A stretch of 64,000 nucleotides of DNA, from NCBI GenBank assembly GCA_964234715.1, contig OZ174280.1; one strand, given 5' to 3'. This stretch comes from Podarcis melisellensis. Lineage: Eukaryota. The notes beneath the pieces are model-generated. The model was not told the origin of the DNA. It saw nothing but the letters and a program-made list of their open reading frames with translations, and did no database searches. The position numbers were made by a program, and so were the translations under genes. Position 1 is the first letter of the stretch, and every line of letters starts with the position of its first letter. Shown piece after piece: positions 1 through 13,100 of this stretch.

Positions 1-130
1 AATCCAGTATTGTATAATCTGACTAGTAGCTGCTGTCCAGGTTCTCAGGTCTTGCTACTTGACCAATGCCAGAGGTTGAACCTGAGACCTTCTGCATGCA
101 AATCACATGCTCTACCACCAAGTTGCAGTT
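1..130 (-). mobile_element. Degenerate tRNA-derived SINE head (Squam2-like)
   Basis: Reverse complement reads TGGTAGAGCATGTGATTTGCATGCAGAAGGTCTCAGGTTCAACC, with A/B boxes and a TGC anticodon loop. Confidence 0.6.
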
Positions 131-444
131 CTATCCTCATTTGTCTTGCCCATAAGCCGTAATATCTTCCAGCGTGGTGGTCTCTCCTTGCAATTCCTGC
201 TCCTGGCTTATCAGGTTTGAAAAATTCAAGAGTTCAAACACTGGAAATTACTTTCTCAAAGAAGATTGAGAGGCTGGCATTCTCTTTCTAGAGATTGATT
301 AGTAGGGAGCCAGAACCCACTTTAGTTAAGAGACCATCCCAAATTGAAAACTCATGACTTTGTCATATCTTCTAAGAAACTAGTGCATGTTGCTGTTCTC
401 CCCTTTTTAATATAAAACTTATCATTTTTAACTGTGTATTACAG

Positions 445-501
445 AAGAGAACCAATGGTGCTCCAAATGGGTTTTATTCAGAGATTGACTGGGAAAGATA
501 T
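445..501 (+). CDS. SGIP1: SGIP1 exon [19 protein letters not shown] (57 nt, phase 0-0)
   Basis: tattacag|AAG...TAT|gtaagt; NAGNAG acceptor. Confidence 0.93.
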
Positions 502-1741
502 GTAAGTAAGAGTAATCACCTGGCATTCATACCTTCCCAAGAACATTCCTTATTATAAGAATTTTCTGAGAACTTGCCTCTCTGTTTTGTGTGTGTGTGT
601 TCACTGTGTTTCTTTCACACTTTAGTACATCTCATAATCACAGCACAAAGCGGATAACAATATTTGAATATTCAGGATTTCACTGACATGTCTAGCTGCC
701 CAGCTATCCAATTGGGATCTTAAATTTGGCCCACGTAGAAATATATTGTTCTCACAGTTTATTTATGACCTTCAAACTGCTGAGCAAGTGAGAGTTCACC
801 TTCCTTCTAAGCCCTCCAGCACATGCATAGAATTTAGAAGAATTTTCCTCACTTGTGCAAAGCTTTAGGTTGCCAGGAAACACTCTCACTATCTTATTCA
901 AACTAGGCAGGCATGAAACATCAGTTTTACTACACACTCACCCGTCACCTGCGCCTGTCAGAAGGCTAAAGGAAGATGTGGTGCCTTTTCTTACACAGCA
1001 GTTTGGAGAAGGTTAGAAATACCAGTCGTTCTCTTGCTGTTTCTTACCTTCTTCAAACTTGTATGCAAGTGAGCTAAGACTCTGCCTCTGACAAACAGAT
1101 GGAACATGAAAAAATACATAGTTTCCCCTCCGTAGTGATGCAGTTTGCACAAAAGAGAAAACTACAGCTTCTTTCTTTTTCTAGATTACCATGCAAATTG
1201 CCATCAAATTTGGAGCCCCTAGCAAAATTGAGAGTTGTGTCACACCTGTTTCAGGTTTAAGTCTCTGCTGGTTTTGGGAATTGCAACTAGAGCTAGAAAA
1301 GGATACGATCTTGGAGTAATTTGAATGAATTAAACCAGCAACAATTTAAATTATTTAAGGAAAATAGTGCATTCATATAGATGTGGATGCGAGTTTACAC
1401 TTTACTCTGGAACAGAGATACATAAACAACCCTGTGTTCAGCTCAAAGGTTTTTGCTTCCTTTTAGTACTCATAAAAGCTTGAGGGCTTTTGCACATGCT
1501 AAACATAAAAATGTTTGCCAGCCATTGTCTGAACTGCAGTGTCTTTCAATATACCTACTTGAAATCAGCAGAAATACGGTCTCCATGATTTTAACCAGGC
1601 AGATGTAAAGATGTTTCATCTCTGAAAGCACCATGCGTGGGGCAGAAAGCAAACCTGCTTCTGAAAGGCCCTTGGGGCATGAGGATTATCAGCAACAGCT
1701 TTGGTTTTTGTCCTGCAAAAACCTTTCTTGAAGTTCTAGGT

Positions 1742-1877
1742 CAGGCTTCCTCAACCTCGGCCCTCCAGATGTTTTGAGACTACAATTCCCATCATCCCTG
1801 ACCACTGGTACTGCTAACTAGGGAACATGGGAGCTATAGGCCAAAAACATCTGGAGGGCCAAGGTTGAGGAAGCCTG
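1742..1877. mobile_element. 136-bp palindromic hAT-type MITE
   Basis: TIR CAGGCTTCCTCAACCT; 8-bp TSD TTCTAGGT/CTCTAGGT. Confidence 0.88.
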
Positions 1878-2415
1878 CTCTAGGTTTTACAGCCCCAGAA
1901 CATGGACATTAGCAGTGCTGTCAGAACGCAAGATCTTGGGCTGCAAAAAGCAGTCAGCCCCACACAGCCTTGTGGAAAGGGGGACTAGCCTGGGGGGGGA
2001 GGGGAGGGGGAGCAGAACAGACCACTTTGATTCTCCTCGCAGTCATTTGAGAAGGAGTGTTTGCATATTTGAGCACCCTTGCTTCAAAGGGATGCCCTAG
2101 CCCTACTTTGGAATATCTTCTAATCTTTTCATGTTAATTAGATTGTGCAAAATTGCCTTGGAAGAATGGGAAGGAGCCAATAAAATGTTAAAGACCAATT
2201 ATGCTAATAAGGTGGGCACCATTTCAGACAAATTTCGTGCTGTTAGTATGGAAGGTGTCCAAGTTAATTAGAAGAAATTGAAATTTCTTTTGGAATAGTT
2301 TTTGCTTGCTTTAGCTGAAAAGAATTTAAAAGTTCAAGTGTGTTCCTGTTTACAATGATCACCTTTAAAATCACACAACTTGATCTGGTAATATAACAAA
2401 ATTACTGTAGTCCCT

Positions 2416-2417
<2 letters not shown>

Positions 2418-2461
<44 letters not shown>
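2418..2461. repeat. (GT)22 microsatellite
   Basis: Read directly. Confidence 0.98.
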
Positions 2462-2464
<3 letters not shown>

Positions 2465-2779
2465 GTTCTTCCTCTTCACTTTGTATACCAAGTATATATA
2501 ATATATATGTGCATTATAAGTAAAATAATCAAAATATTACTATTATTTTTAGTACAGTTACTATGCCCAGTTTGAGGAGACTGGGTGTTTGGGTTGAAGT
2601 ATTATTTGGCATGATTAATATCTATAAATAGAGTGGTATGCTACAATATTTTTTTTAACACATGTGTCATGCATTCTTTCCAGACATTGTTTTTTGGAAA
2701 ATGCTTCAATAAATGAGATTTGATATAGAGACAGTATAGTTCAAATAAACTGCTCTTTCTGGTACTACCTTTTTGGCTT

Positions 2780-4130
2780 TATCAACCAGCTGTGTCTCAC
2801 TGTAACTGCATTTCCTTGTCATGGTCAGATCCCCTCCTGTTGAGATTTAGATTGTCAATTACTTTTCTCTTCTGCAAAGACGGGGGCCTATTCGAATGGT
2901 CTGCTGTCGAAGACTGATGGAACCAATTGGCTTCCAGGAGACTCTGGGGGTATTTTTTTCTGCTGAGAGGTTGAGGTCCTGGTCTATCTTTGCAATTTAG
3001 GATTTGCCCTCTGTTCACCCCTAAGGGCTTTGCCTGAGCCCAAGTAGTACCATGGTATACCCTGGAGTTGAGAGCAATAAAGCAGGTTAGAATATGATTA
3101 TAATGCAAGTAGAGGAAGAATTGGAATGAATGCAGTTGAAAGCAAGTGTGTGCTCATTGTAAAGCCTATTTTGTGCTGGTGAAGGCAGTAAAAAATTACT
3201 TCTCTGCCTCCATCATCCTTGGTGTCTCATCCAGCAGAGCTTTATAGGATGCTTTTACATATTGGCCTGAAGGATATGGTGGAGCTCTCAATGGCCTGCT
3301 GTGAATTATTTGTAAGGCATGTTGAGGATATGATTGCTTGTATCCATAGAGACCTAGATTTCACTATTATAGCAGGCCAGTTTCTAAGTGTATCCAGGAC
3401 ACTATTTTGTCAGATGTTCATGGATGAGTTTCAATTAATAAGGCTTGAGAATGTGGATGATGTGCTTGGAAGGGTGTAGGTGTTCTTGGCCCCGTACATG
3501 TTATGACTGATAACATCCAGTAGGGAGGGGATGGCCAACTAGCCCAAGAAGATACTGTATTTTTTGCTCTATAAGATGCACCAGACCACAAGACGCACCT
3601 AGTTTTTGGAGGAGGAAAACAAGGAAAAAAAATATTCTGAATCTCAGAAGCCAGAACAGCAAGAGGGATTGCTGGGATAGCCGGCAGCCTGCTTTCGCTC
3701 CATAAGACGCGCACACATTTCCCCTTACTTTTTAGGAGGGAAAAAGTGAGTCTTATAGAGCAAAAAATACGGTAATTAATGCCTCTCTGAGAGGGGGAGT
3801 AGTCCCATGAAACAGCCAGCAAGACTACTCATTAATAAAATTCATTAGACCCAAAAGTTATGTATAACTATAGACTGGTTGCAAATGTCCCTTCTTGAGT
3901 CGGTGGGCACCAACCAGCTCTAGTCTCCAGGCACTCTTGGGTGAAGCTGATTTTCTAGATCTACTTCATTATGTGTTTAGGCCTGGTTTAGGCACTGAGG
4001 CCATCTTGTATTATACCTTGTGTCAGCAGAGAAATGGGGGAATGTGTCCCCATTGATTGTCCTTGATCGCTTGACAACTTTCCATATGATGGTCCATGAT
4101 GTTTTTCTTGGGAGCACCAGTGATAGGATG
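2780..4130 (+). mobile_element. Decayed L2-like LINE ORF2 fragment, interrupted by a MITE; boundaries approximate
   Basis: Shares GTCATGGTCAGATC..TCCTGTTGAGATTTAG and the DEFQLIRLENVDDVLG segment with the copy at 43440-44880. Confidence 0.7.
3555..3772. mobile_element. Tc1/mariner (Tc2/pogo-like) MITE
   Basis: TIR C(T/C)GTATTTTTTGCTCTATAAGA; TA TSD on both sides. Confidence 0.88.
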
Positions 4131-4801
4131 CTTGTATTCTGATTATGTTTTTATATGATTATGCAATTTATTACTGTATTTTAATTTTAGTTGTAAATCA
4201 CTTTGGAGCTTTTTGAAGAAGGAAGCAACACAGGAATTTTGTAAACCATCAGAAAATAAGCAGCTGGTTCTGTTATGAATGTTGTCATGGCCATGTAAAC
4301 CAAGGTGGAGGCTAGATTTGATTTTATTAAATGAGAGCCAATTTGATCTCTGATACAAGGACATCACTTTTATAGAGTAGTAACCAGAAGGCAAAGGTGC
4401 AAGAAGAAAATTCTATCAGGCACTGGAAATGAGCCCTTCTTTAGCAAGAGGCCTCATGCAAATGTTTGTATACATAATGCTTTGATGTCTTCCATATTTC
4501 CAAGCAACCATTTTCTTATATTAGACATATTCCTGATCTATTTAATATTTTCACCCCACATTCCCCCTACAGCACAGAGTTCAGAGCAGTTAGCACAACT
4601 GTTTGACTGCCTGGCTGAGAAAACAGGTTCCTGGGTAGACTCTTTATTCTTAGCTAAGCTTAGAGAGCACTGCACATACCAATAGTTTATTGGACAAGTG
4701 CTTCTTATTAATATGAAATTGGTGGGAGAGAGGGGAAAGAAAGAGTGATTACTTAATGTTTTGCAAGTACTCTAATAGCTTCACTATGTTTGCTGCACTA
4801 G

Positions 4802-4856
4802 AATTCACCTGAGCTTGATGAAGAAGGATACAGCATCAGACCAGACGAACCAGGCT
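4802..4856 (+). CDS. SGIP1: SGIP1 exon NSPELDEEGYSIRPDEPG (55 nt), followed by a U12 AT donor
   Basis: cactag|AAT...GGC T|atatccttca; DEEGYSIRP is an FCHO/SGIP1 linker motif. Confidence 0.95.
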
Positions 4857-5987
4857 ATATCCTTCATGGTCAGTTTTGCAACTGAGTTTGCAAACTCTGA
4901 AACAAGTGTGGGTTCGGTTCAAGTGTGGCCACCTGCTGCCATCCTCCCTACCGCTGGATGCCCCTGAAACATCAGCATATATTTTATTTTATATATTTAT
5001 CAAATGTATATCCCGCCCCTCCTCCCAAAGGAGCCCAAAATGTTCAAGAGGCTTTATGAATGAAAAGATAGTGGCCGTAAGTAAAATTTAATTTTAAGCA
5101 ATCATTATAAAAAGAAAAAAGGAGCCAACACTCATGCCTGGTGTTGAAGGCAGTGATGGTCTGGGTAGGGACCAAGAAACTGAAATTGATCCTGATGGAG
5201 GTATTGTGGATGGCCCGATCTTATGTCCAGGAATTAGGTGGATGACCTGTTCTGAAAGGGTTGCACTTACTCTGAAGGTACAGGTTTGTAGTCTGGGAGT
5301 ACTTGCTGATCCAGAATCAACTTACACAGGGGTTACGTTCTGCTGATCAAGTGTAAAGCCAAAATTGCATATAGTCAAAACACATTGGGTTCAGTGGCAG
5401 ATGGGATTGCCAAAATCATTTTTCCTGGAACCCCACTTCCTTTCCACCCCTTTTATTTTATTTTACTTTAGCCAGACGTGTAAAGCTGAATACGCACAAG
5501 TTAAATGTGTGCAGGTTGCAAGTTGCCTGTGTTAGAGGCTCCAGTGGCCCTTGTGGCCTCTAGAAGTGCTAATGCCCAGCTTAGGCTAGTCCACAAGCTG
5601 TGGCTATTCCTGGACAAGAATAGCTTGGGCTAAGCATGCTGTACTGATCTCCCATTTGGATTACTGCACCCTGCTGTGTGTAGGGCAGCACTTGGAGACA
5701 GTTTGGAAGTTGCAGCTACTGGTAGGGTTCTGGTCCTGAAAATGCTGAGCTGCTAGGCCCGATTCCAGATGTTAATACTAGTGTACAAAATCCTAAATGG
5801 CTTGGGCCCAGTAGCATTATAGTTTGCCTTCCGCAATAATAACCATCTCATATCTTACGGTGCTGCTGCTGGTTGCTGTTACTCTCTGGAATTTGTAGAT
5901 CTGTTTTTATCATTGTTGGCCCATGCCAATCAGTTCCAAAAGTTATATTTTGTGATTCAACAACATTTCTCTTTAACTGTGATCTAC
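4857..5987 (+). other. U12-type (minor spliceosome) AT-AC intron
   Basis: 5' ATATCCTTC; branch site TCTTTAAC at 5970-5977; 3' AC at 5986-5987. Splicing restores PG-S-TKGKHFY in frame. Confidence 0.95.
5140..5870 (+). mobile_element. Degenerate L2 RT/C-terminal fragments inside the U12 intron
   Basis: LDYCTLLCVGQHLETVWKLQL resembles the L2 LDYCN.L..GLP....KLQ motif. Confidence 0.6.
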
Positions 5988-6163
5988 CTACCAAAGGAAA
6001 GCACTTTTATTCCTCAAGTGAATCTGAAGAGGAAGAGGAGGCACACAAGAAATTCAACATTAAGATTAAGCCCTTGCAGTCTAAAGATGTTCTTAAGAGT
6101 GCGGCAACCGTTGATGAACTGAAAGCCTCTATAGGCAACATTGCACTTTCGCCATCTCTAGTG
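5988..6163 (+). CDS. SGIP1: SGIP1 exon (S)[17 protein letters not shown]...ALSPSLV (176 nt)
   Basis: Within ORF 5873..6193; donor GTG|gtaagc. Confidence 0.96.
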
Positions 6164-7236
6164 GTAAGCAAAACTCTTTTTTTAATATGGTGATTGATTA
6201 GTTTTCAAAAATTAACTTTGCTTAGCTTTCTTGTTATATTTGTTGCTTGAATTAGCATTTTTATTATAACAAATCTTGGTTTTATCACACAATGGCAAGG
6301 CTTTTTAGAAACTATTTTTGGTTCAGGATGTGTTGAAAAATGTGTTCTGCATGTTGACAGGTTGCTTTTTTAAGTATATTGCTGAACTGCACTAGCAACT
6401 TTCTGTGCATGCCAAGTACATTTCAGTAAGCCTAATGTTTCTCATATCAGTGAATGGCACGGCTATTTTGATCCATGCCAAAAGAAAAAACATTTGCAGC
6501 ACTTTAACAAAAAATAATACATTACTAATTATAGATGACTTTACTTGTTAAAAATAGGGTCACATTTTTGTAGGTACACTTTGATTATAATGCCCACAAG
6601 CCAGATAGCCATATATTGATTTTGTGAGCTCAGGAGAGGTCCTTGATCTTTTTTAAGGAGAAGTAGACCCCCTCCTATGCTTTATGCTGAGCCACCCTCT
6701 GAGACTTGAAAGCCAGCCATTATGTATGCTTAAAGGTGTAAAGTTGTAATTTGGCAACGTAAGATTCCATGTAAAGTCAGAATCTAATTTATTGGAAATA
6801 GTCTGGATTGTTATGTCATAAGGGGCAGCAGAGAATGAATGAAGATGCTATTGTTTTGCCCCTTGGAGAAGGAGAAGCCATGCAAGTAGTTCTGTGATCT
6901 GGAGGATTCCCCCACCCCCAACAGAATACAAGGCTGCAATTTGAAAGGAAAGACTGGCACAGAGGGAGAGGTACTTTTTTAGCACTTTCCCCACATACTA
7001 TTTCCATCTGAAAATTTTGCACACAAGCAGGACTTGCACTCCTGTAACACTTTCCGGGGAGAAAGCCCCACTGAACACAGGGAGACCTCATTAAGCATGC
7101 ATAGGATGACACTGTAAAATGTTGTAAATGTATAAGTGGAGATATGAAGTGTGAACACAACAAAAGTGTTTGTCGTAAAGAGAACAGAGCTGTGGTAAGC
7201 TACTAGTCCTTGTGTATCCAATGACAGCAACTAAGA

Positions 7237-7299
<63 letters not shown>

Positions 7300-7622
7300 A
7301 ATAAATAAATAAATAAAAAAAATTATATCCTGCCCTCCCCAGCCGAAGCCGAGCTCAGGGCGGCTAACAACAATAAAACAGTACAACAGTACAACACAAC
7401 ACAACACGCTAAAATCATTCATTATAAAATTAATTCAACTCACACCAATGGCAACCATTGGGCCAGAGCTCCGCAAAGATTGCCGAAGGAGGGAGTCAGG
7501 CTGTGCCCTGGCCAAAGGCCTGGTGGAACAGCTCTGTCTTGCAGGCCCTGTGGAAAGATGTCAAGTCCCGCAGGGCCCTAGTCTCTTGTGACAGAGCGTT
7601 CCACCAGATCGGAACCACAGCC
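7237..7622 (-). mobile_element. L2 LINE 3' end with expanded (TTA)n/(TTTA)n tail
   Basis: Minus strand encodes WWNALSQETRALRDLTSFHRACKTELFHQAFG; microsatellite at 7237-7315. Confidence 0.85.
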
Positions 7623-8263
7623 GTGTTTTAAATAATAAAATAATTTATTGAAGTGAAATAAAAAGAGGTTGCCAGCCATGAGAGAGAGCTTGGAGATAAA
7701 GGCTTTGGAGGACCTTCTCCCTTGTGGAAATTACTTGTACAGTATCCATTTCCCACTGGAGATTCCAGAACTCATAGGAAAGCAAAGGAGCAGGGATGGA
7801 GACTGAACCCCTTTCAGGGCAAGCAGCAGTTTGTATATTTCAGTGTGGGCTCTGTCTCTTTAAAGTCTCATCTGACTTGTCTTTGTTAGCATGCAATGTC
7901 TTGAAGCTTTGCAAAAAAAAAAATCCTACTCACCCCCCTAAACTGTTCAGATTTGAGGGGGGGGGAGTTGTAGGCTCCCTTGTTAAGGAGGTTAGGCAAC
8001 AATGCCTTTTAAAAATTGTGTTATGTGTGGGGCCGTAGTCCAACAGTATTGCTTGTGAGTTTTGAGGACTGTGGAATAAAAAAAAATGTGAAAGTAAAAT
8101 CTCAGAAGTCACTGTTTTGTGTGCTTGTACATGAACCCATATGCTTTCTCTAAAATTTTACTCTAAATCCAAAGTAGCCAATGTCTTATTGGACTACGAT
8201 TCCCATCAGGCCCATAGCCAATGGTCAGGAATGATGGGAGCTCTATTCTAACAACATCTAGAG

Positions 8264-8399
8264 CAGTGTTTCCCAACCTTGGGCCTCCAGATGTCTTTGG
8301 ACTACAACTCCCATCATCCCTAGCTAGCAAGAACAGTCGTCAGGGATGATGGGAATTGTAGTTCAAAAACAGCTGGAGGCCCAAGGTTGGGAAACACTG
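8264..8399. mobile_element. 136-bp hAT MITE nested in an older related MITE (about 8170-8430)
   Basis: TIR CAGTGTTTCCCAACCTTGGGCCTCCAG; perfect 8-bp TSD ATCTAGAG. Confidence 0.92.
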
Positions 8400-10169
8400 A
8401 TCTAGAGGATGTCAGATTAGCTACCTCTGCTTCTATCATCTGGAAATTTTAATCTAAAGTGAGGACAAGCATATATGACAGCTGAATCACATTTATATAA
8501 TTTTGTTCAATTTAGAGAGCATGTTTGGGGGGGGAGGTGAGGATGGGTTATCTTTTCCTGCTAAAACAGGTTTTCTTATTTTGATAAATGATTTTGCATT
8601 GAGGGCCAGGGGCCTGGCATTGTTGAGTAGAACAGACTTATCACATACACAAACTGATAAATACATTGCAATACTTTCTCTGAAAGCTTTTGTATAACCT
8701 GGTCACCGGAGGCGCTGCTGAACACACAGCACCTGCAGAAGGCTGAATTTTGTAGCTTCTAGGGAAAACCCACTTAGGTTGAAAGTGCTGCAACGATCAA
8801 CTTATTTTTGGAAAATGGGATGCTGCTTTAGTGACAAGAAATGCTAGAGATAATACCCTTGGATCACTTCTAAATCCTTAGTTTTGTTTTCTATCCAGTC
8901 TACCATTGTTCTAAAAATCAAGGGTAGACTGCTGTCAGAGGGGCACACAAACAAAACGTAAATGTAAGACTGACTTACATGTTACTAATTCATATCTACA
9001 TCGCAAATATCCCATTTTCCCCTTTGCAAGGAACCCAGGGTTTTATAGTTATGTGAGGTGAACAGTGCTTCAGGACTTTTCAGTACCCTCACAGAAGTAC
9101 TATTCCTGACATTCTTGGGAAAAAGCCATGACAGAATATATCCTGGCAACAGAAAAACTGGAGAACGCCCCTAACTGATCCCTCGTCACTGCTAATACTA
9201 ACATATATCTATAATTAATTGCTGTTCTAAGTAATAGTGTTCTGTGGGTACATAATTGCTTAAAAGCTTTTCAGTTTACAATAGAACAAAATGAATTATC
9301 ATTAGCTGTTTTTAATTTGCAATCAAATAAAGTTTTCCAATGTTGATTGACTTTTAGCAAGTGCATTTTCATCTGATACTTAAGTTTTAATAATATGGAA
9401 CTAGCTCCATAATAGGAAGTAGGTGTCAATGTCAACTTTTGTTTATTTATTTGTTGGTCTCAACCTTGTAAACCAGAGCAAATAAACCCTGAAGTTGTAC
9501 TAAATTAAACCACATAATGTGTTTTAACAATACTGCTGGGATCACATTTATGTTGTTTTTAAATTTGCTGTTGCATTCTGTTTTTTGCTTATGTGCTGTG
9601 GCGGTAGGTCTTTATTCTAGCAAGTGAGCTTTGCAGTCATTATGCAGTCACCAGGCTGTTGCAGCTGGGCTTGGAGGCAAGACAACAGTGCATTATATTG
9701 TTGTATATGGAAGCCAGGTTCAAGAGTTGATTTGTGACACTCATTTCCTGGGCTGTGGAAGATGTGGGAACAGTAAATCAGAATGATGGCTTTGTTGCAG
9801 TGCAGAAAATGCAGCTTCCTGATCTACTGATGTTGTACGTCTTAAGGAAGCTTGGCATGTAAAGCAGTAATGCTCTTTATGGAGAGCAGGATGCTAATAA
9901 GAATAACTGAACTAAATTGCTCTGTAACTACACTCTTTTAATAAGGACAGGATATATACCAAGCAAACTGCATTGCTTTACATTCTTTTCTAAGACAGCA
10001 GCACTTCATGCTGTTATATTTAAAAGCAGTAAATTAAGTAAGATATTTGGGGTGTTTAATTCAAAAGACTGTACTCTGATCAATAGAAGTGATGCCTTAT
10101 TTTCTAACACAACACTTGGTTCACAATAGTTGGATTCCATCTAGTGTATGAAAGCATTGTATATTTGTT

Positions 10170-13100
10170 TTCCACATCCTATTATTGGCTAAAGGGTAAA
10201 TGCCAGCATCCTCACAAAGTCTTTATATTTCATCCATAAGGCACCTAGGGTGGTATATAGAGGAGATGGCTGACTACTCTGCTCCTTTAAGCTTTTATAA
10301 GAGGCAGAGGACGGTGTGCTTGAGGATATCCATTAGCTAAGAAGAAATCAGGTAGGAGCAAAGACGATTGTGTGGAGCAGTTACTTTAGTTACTCAATTA
10401 TTGTTTCTGCTGTACCTGATAAGGATGAAGGTGGTCAAGAAAGCAACAGGATAGGCGATTGCAGCTTCATTTAAAACTTTTATTGTCAAGGGGTCTTTCT
10501 TTAAATTTCAAAACACTAACAAAAGTCAAGCAGGGTGGAAACTCCAGATATGATTGGCAATTCTTTCAAAAATTACATTTATTATCGTGTCTATAGGGCT
10601 CCAAGGAGCTCTGGCATACATTGTCCAGGCCTGCAAGTGTTGCCCTTTTGTGTAGGGTTTCACTGTCCCTCTTGCACCCTCTTTTGGGTTCCTTTCTTCC
10701 AATCTGTCCTGCCATCCTGTTCTCTAGGCCTAGTTAGCCTGACCTTACATTCATTCCACCTGATTCTCCTTAGCCTAGATCCTCAGAGGTATTCTAACAA
10801 GGCAGAACAAGCATGGTGGGGGCAACATAATGGCAGACTCTACCCCAACTTTCACATGTTCATTTAGAGGTACTAAAGTGAACCTGATGCACATGGCATT
10901 TGTGCATGTGTACGGACCTCTTTATATGACCAGGAATCCTTCAAAGGCCAAGTTTCGGATTGTGTAGAGACATCACTAAGCATTAAACTTACTTCAGATG
11001 TTGAAACATGCTAGAGGTGGAGACTCCCAGCACAGTGTTGGTATCTCTCACCACCAGATAAATTGCACTATTCAGTTATATGTGACGGTAGCACCTATGT
11101 TCTTTTCATGTGCCTGCCCCTGTTCACAAAGTAAAGCTAGGGATGGGATGGTCTTTCCCTGTAATTTACATCTCCGCAGTTAATTTCTCTTGGCACTTTT
11201 GTCTGCTCCTGAGTCACTTCTAGCATTGGAGCCAGGAAAGAAGAAAAGTGGATGGAGTAGTGAGGCACAAGACAAGCAGCAGGGAGGGTTCACCTTCACC
11301 AATAGGACTTTCCTTTTTCTCTTCTTTTTTTAGTGTGTTTCTTTTTTCTTTTCTATTCTTTTCTCTTTTTTTGATATATAGTTACTTCTTCCTCCATGTC
11401 AATTAAGCTAATAGACTTAGCAGTGCTTTGCTCTGCCCTGTAACCTGCTTTAGCCAATGGCCATCTGCTCAAACACCGAAGCATCAAACAGGATTGAGGC
11501 ACTTGGGAGCGAGTAGCATTTGCTGGATATTGCAGTGTCTCAAAATAAATAGAATAAGGAGGACAACCAGGAGTCCAGATAAGAGACAAATGAGAAGTTG
11601 TTATCAGAAATAAACCAAACCTCTTTTGGAATATGAATTGCATATTCATTAGAGGACCCCATAAGGTCTTAAGTACCTTCCGGGAGGCACCTGCTCTAGA
11701 GCTGAAAAGCAGAACCAAATTTCTTTCCTTATATAGGAGGGACTTCCATGCACTTATCAGACTGGCTTTACCTGCCAAGCCTCCAGGTGGTGCTTGGTTG
11801 AAGCTCCTAAGAGCCGAAATGGTTCCTGCTTCCTTTGGGGTGGGAGGTGGTAGAAATCCCTTTATTCCTTTGGTTGCTGCCTCCAGATATCCTCTCCCCC
11901 TTCCTACCAACACATCCTAGGCTTGGCAGTCGGGTTGTGGCTCCAAGGGTGAGGGTAGCGATCTGAGTTGGGTAGGTGTGTACCAGAATCTCTTGATGCT
12001 GATGGATGACGGGCAGAAGGAGGCTGGGTGCTCCACATGATCTACCATGGGGCACTGCTTTGACATCCCTGACCCACAGGGTATGTGGCTGCGTGTGGAA
12101 CCCATCACAGAACTCTTATCTTATAGAACTTTCTTGCATGGCCATAGCAAGCATGCATGCTTAATGGAGCAGCACATTGGAGGATTGAGGCAGCAAAGAA
12201 AATACTTCCTGAGGTCTATGGCAGGTCCCAGGGCCAGTCTTAGGACAAGAGGAAATAGGAGCTTCAGGGACCATTCTGGTTCCTCCTCTAGAAGCTCTTC
12301 CAGAGCTCTTGTACTTCCCACAAGCGTGCAGCCCATGGGTTCCAAAGAGGCACCTCCTCTCTTTGGTGGGGGAGGGATGACAACCCCCAAAAGAAGCAAG
12401 CCAACACATTCCCCTCATTGGCTATGATACTGCCACTGCGCAAAGCTAAGCCAGCATGTTCCCATTGACCCTGGGGTTCATTCCTAGCCAGGCTATATGA
12501 GGCAGGGTCGGAATCCCCAAATACAGGAAGTGGCAGAGGGGGAAAGACTTTAGGAGTAAGACAGAAAGCAGCCTGCCCTGCTGTTTCCTTTGGAAGTTTT
12601 CCTGGTGCTTTTGGTGAACGCCGCAGAAGCCACCCAGAAGGGAGCAAGAATCGCCTTCCCACAGGGTCCTCCCTGGGCGTAGCCAGGATTTTTGTTAGCA
12701 GGGGCAGGCTTCATGCTGGGGGGGGGGGCAGAACCTCAGTTAAGTATTTTTATTGATTTACTTGATCTAGAGGGGCAGCTGCCCCCCTTAGCCACGCCCA
12801 TGGGGTCCTCCTTAGGCATTGCACCTGCCTAAGGCTTTGAAGACAGAGTGGGTAAGCCCAACTAAGGGCTGGCTTAGGCTGGCAAACAAGCTGCATTTCC
12901 TCCCCAAGAAAGCAGTGGAGCTGTTGTATGTGCCTGTTCATTTATTATGTCAGCTCCTAAACTGGGGAACACCCAGACGAGGAGGCTTTTCTTATGTAAC
13001 CTTTTCCCAGGTCAGGATGGTCCAGGTAAAGGAGGTTTTTGAGGAATATTTCTTTGTTTATTCAGCTCCCCAATCACTTCCAGTCTTGTTCTGGGGAGTA

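Noticed and set aside
6158-6160. SPSLV where I recall SPSPV in mammals
   Set aside because: A single substitution; lineage change, polymorphism and sequencing error cannot be told apart.
7231-7422. Poly-Ile ORF
   Set aside because: Translation of an (ATT)n microsatellite tail.
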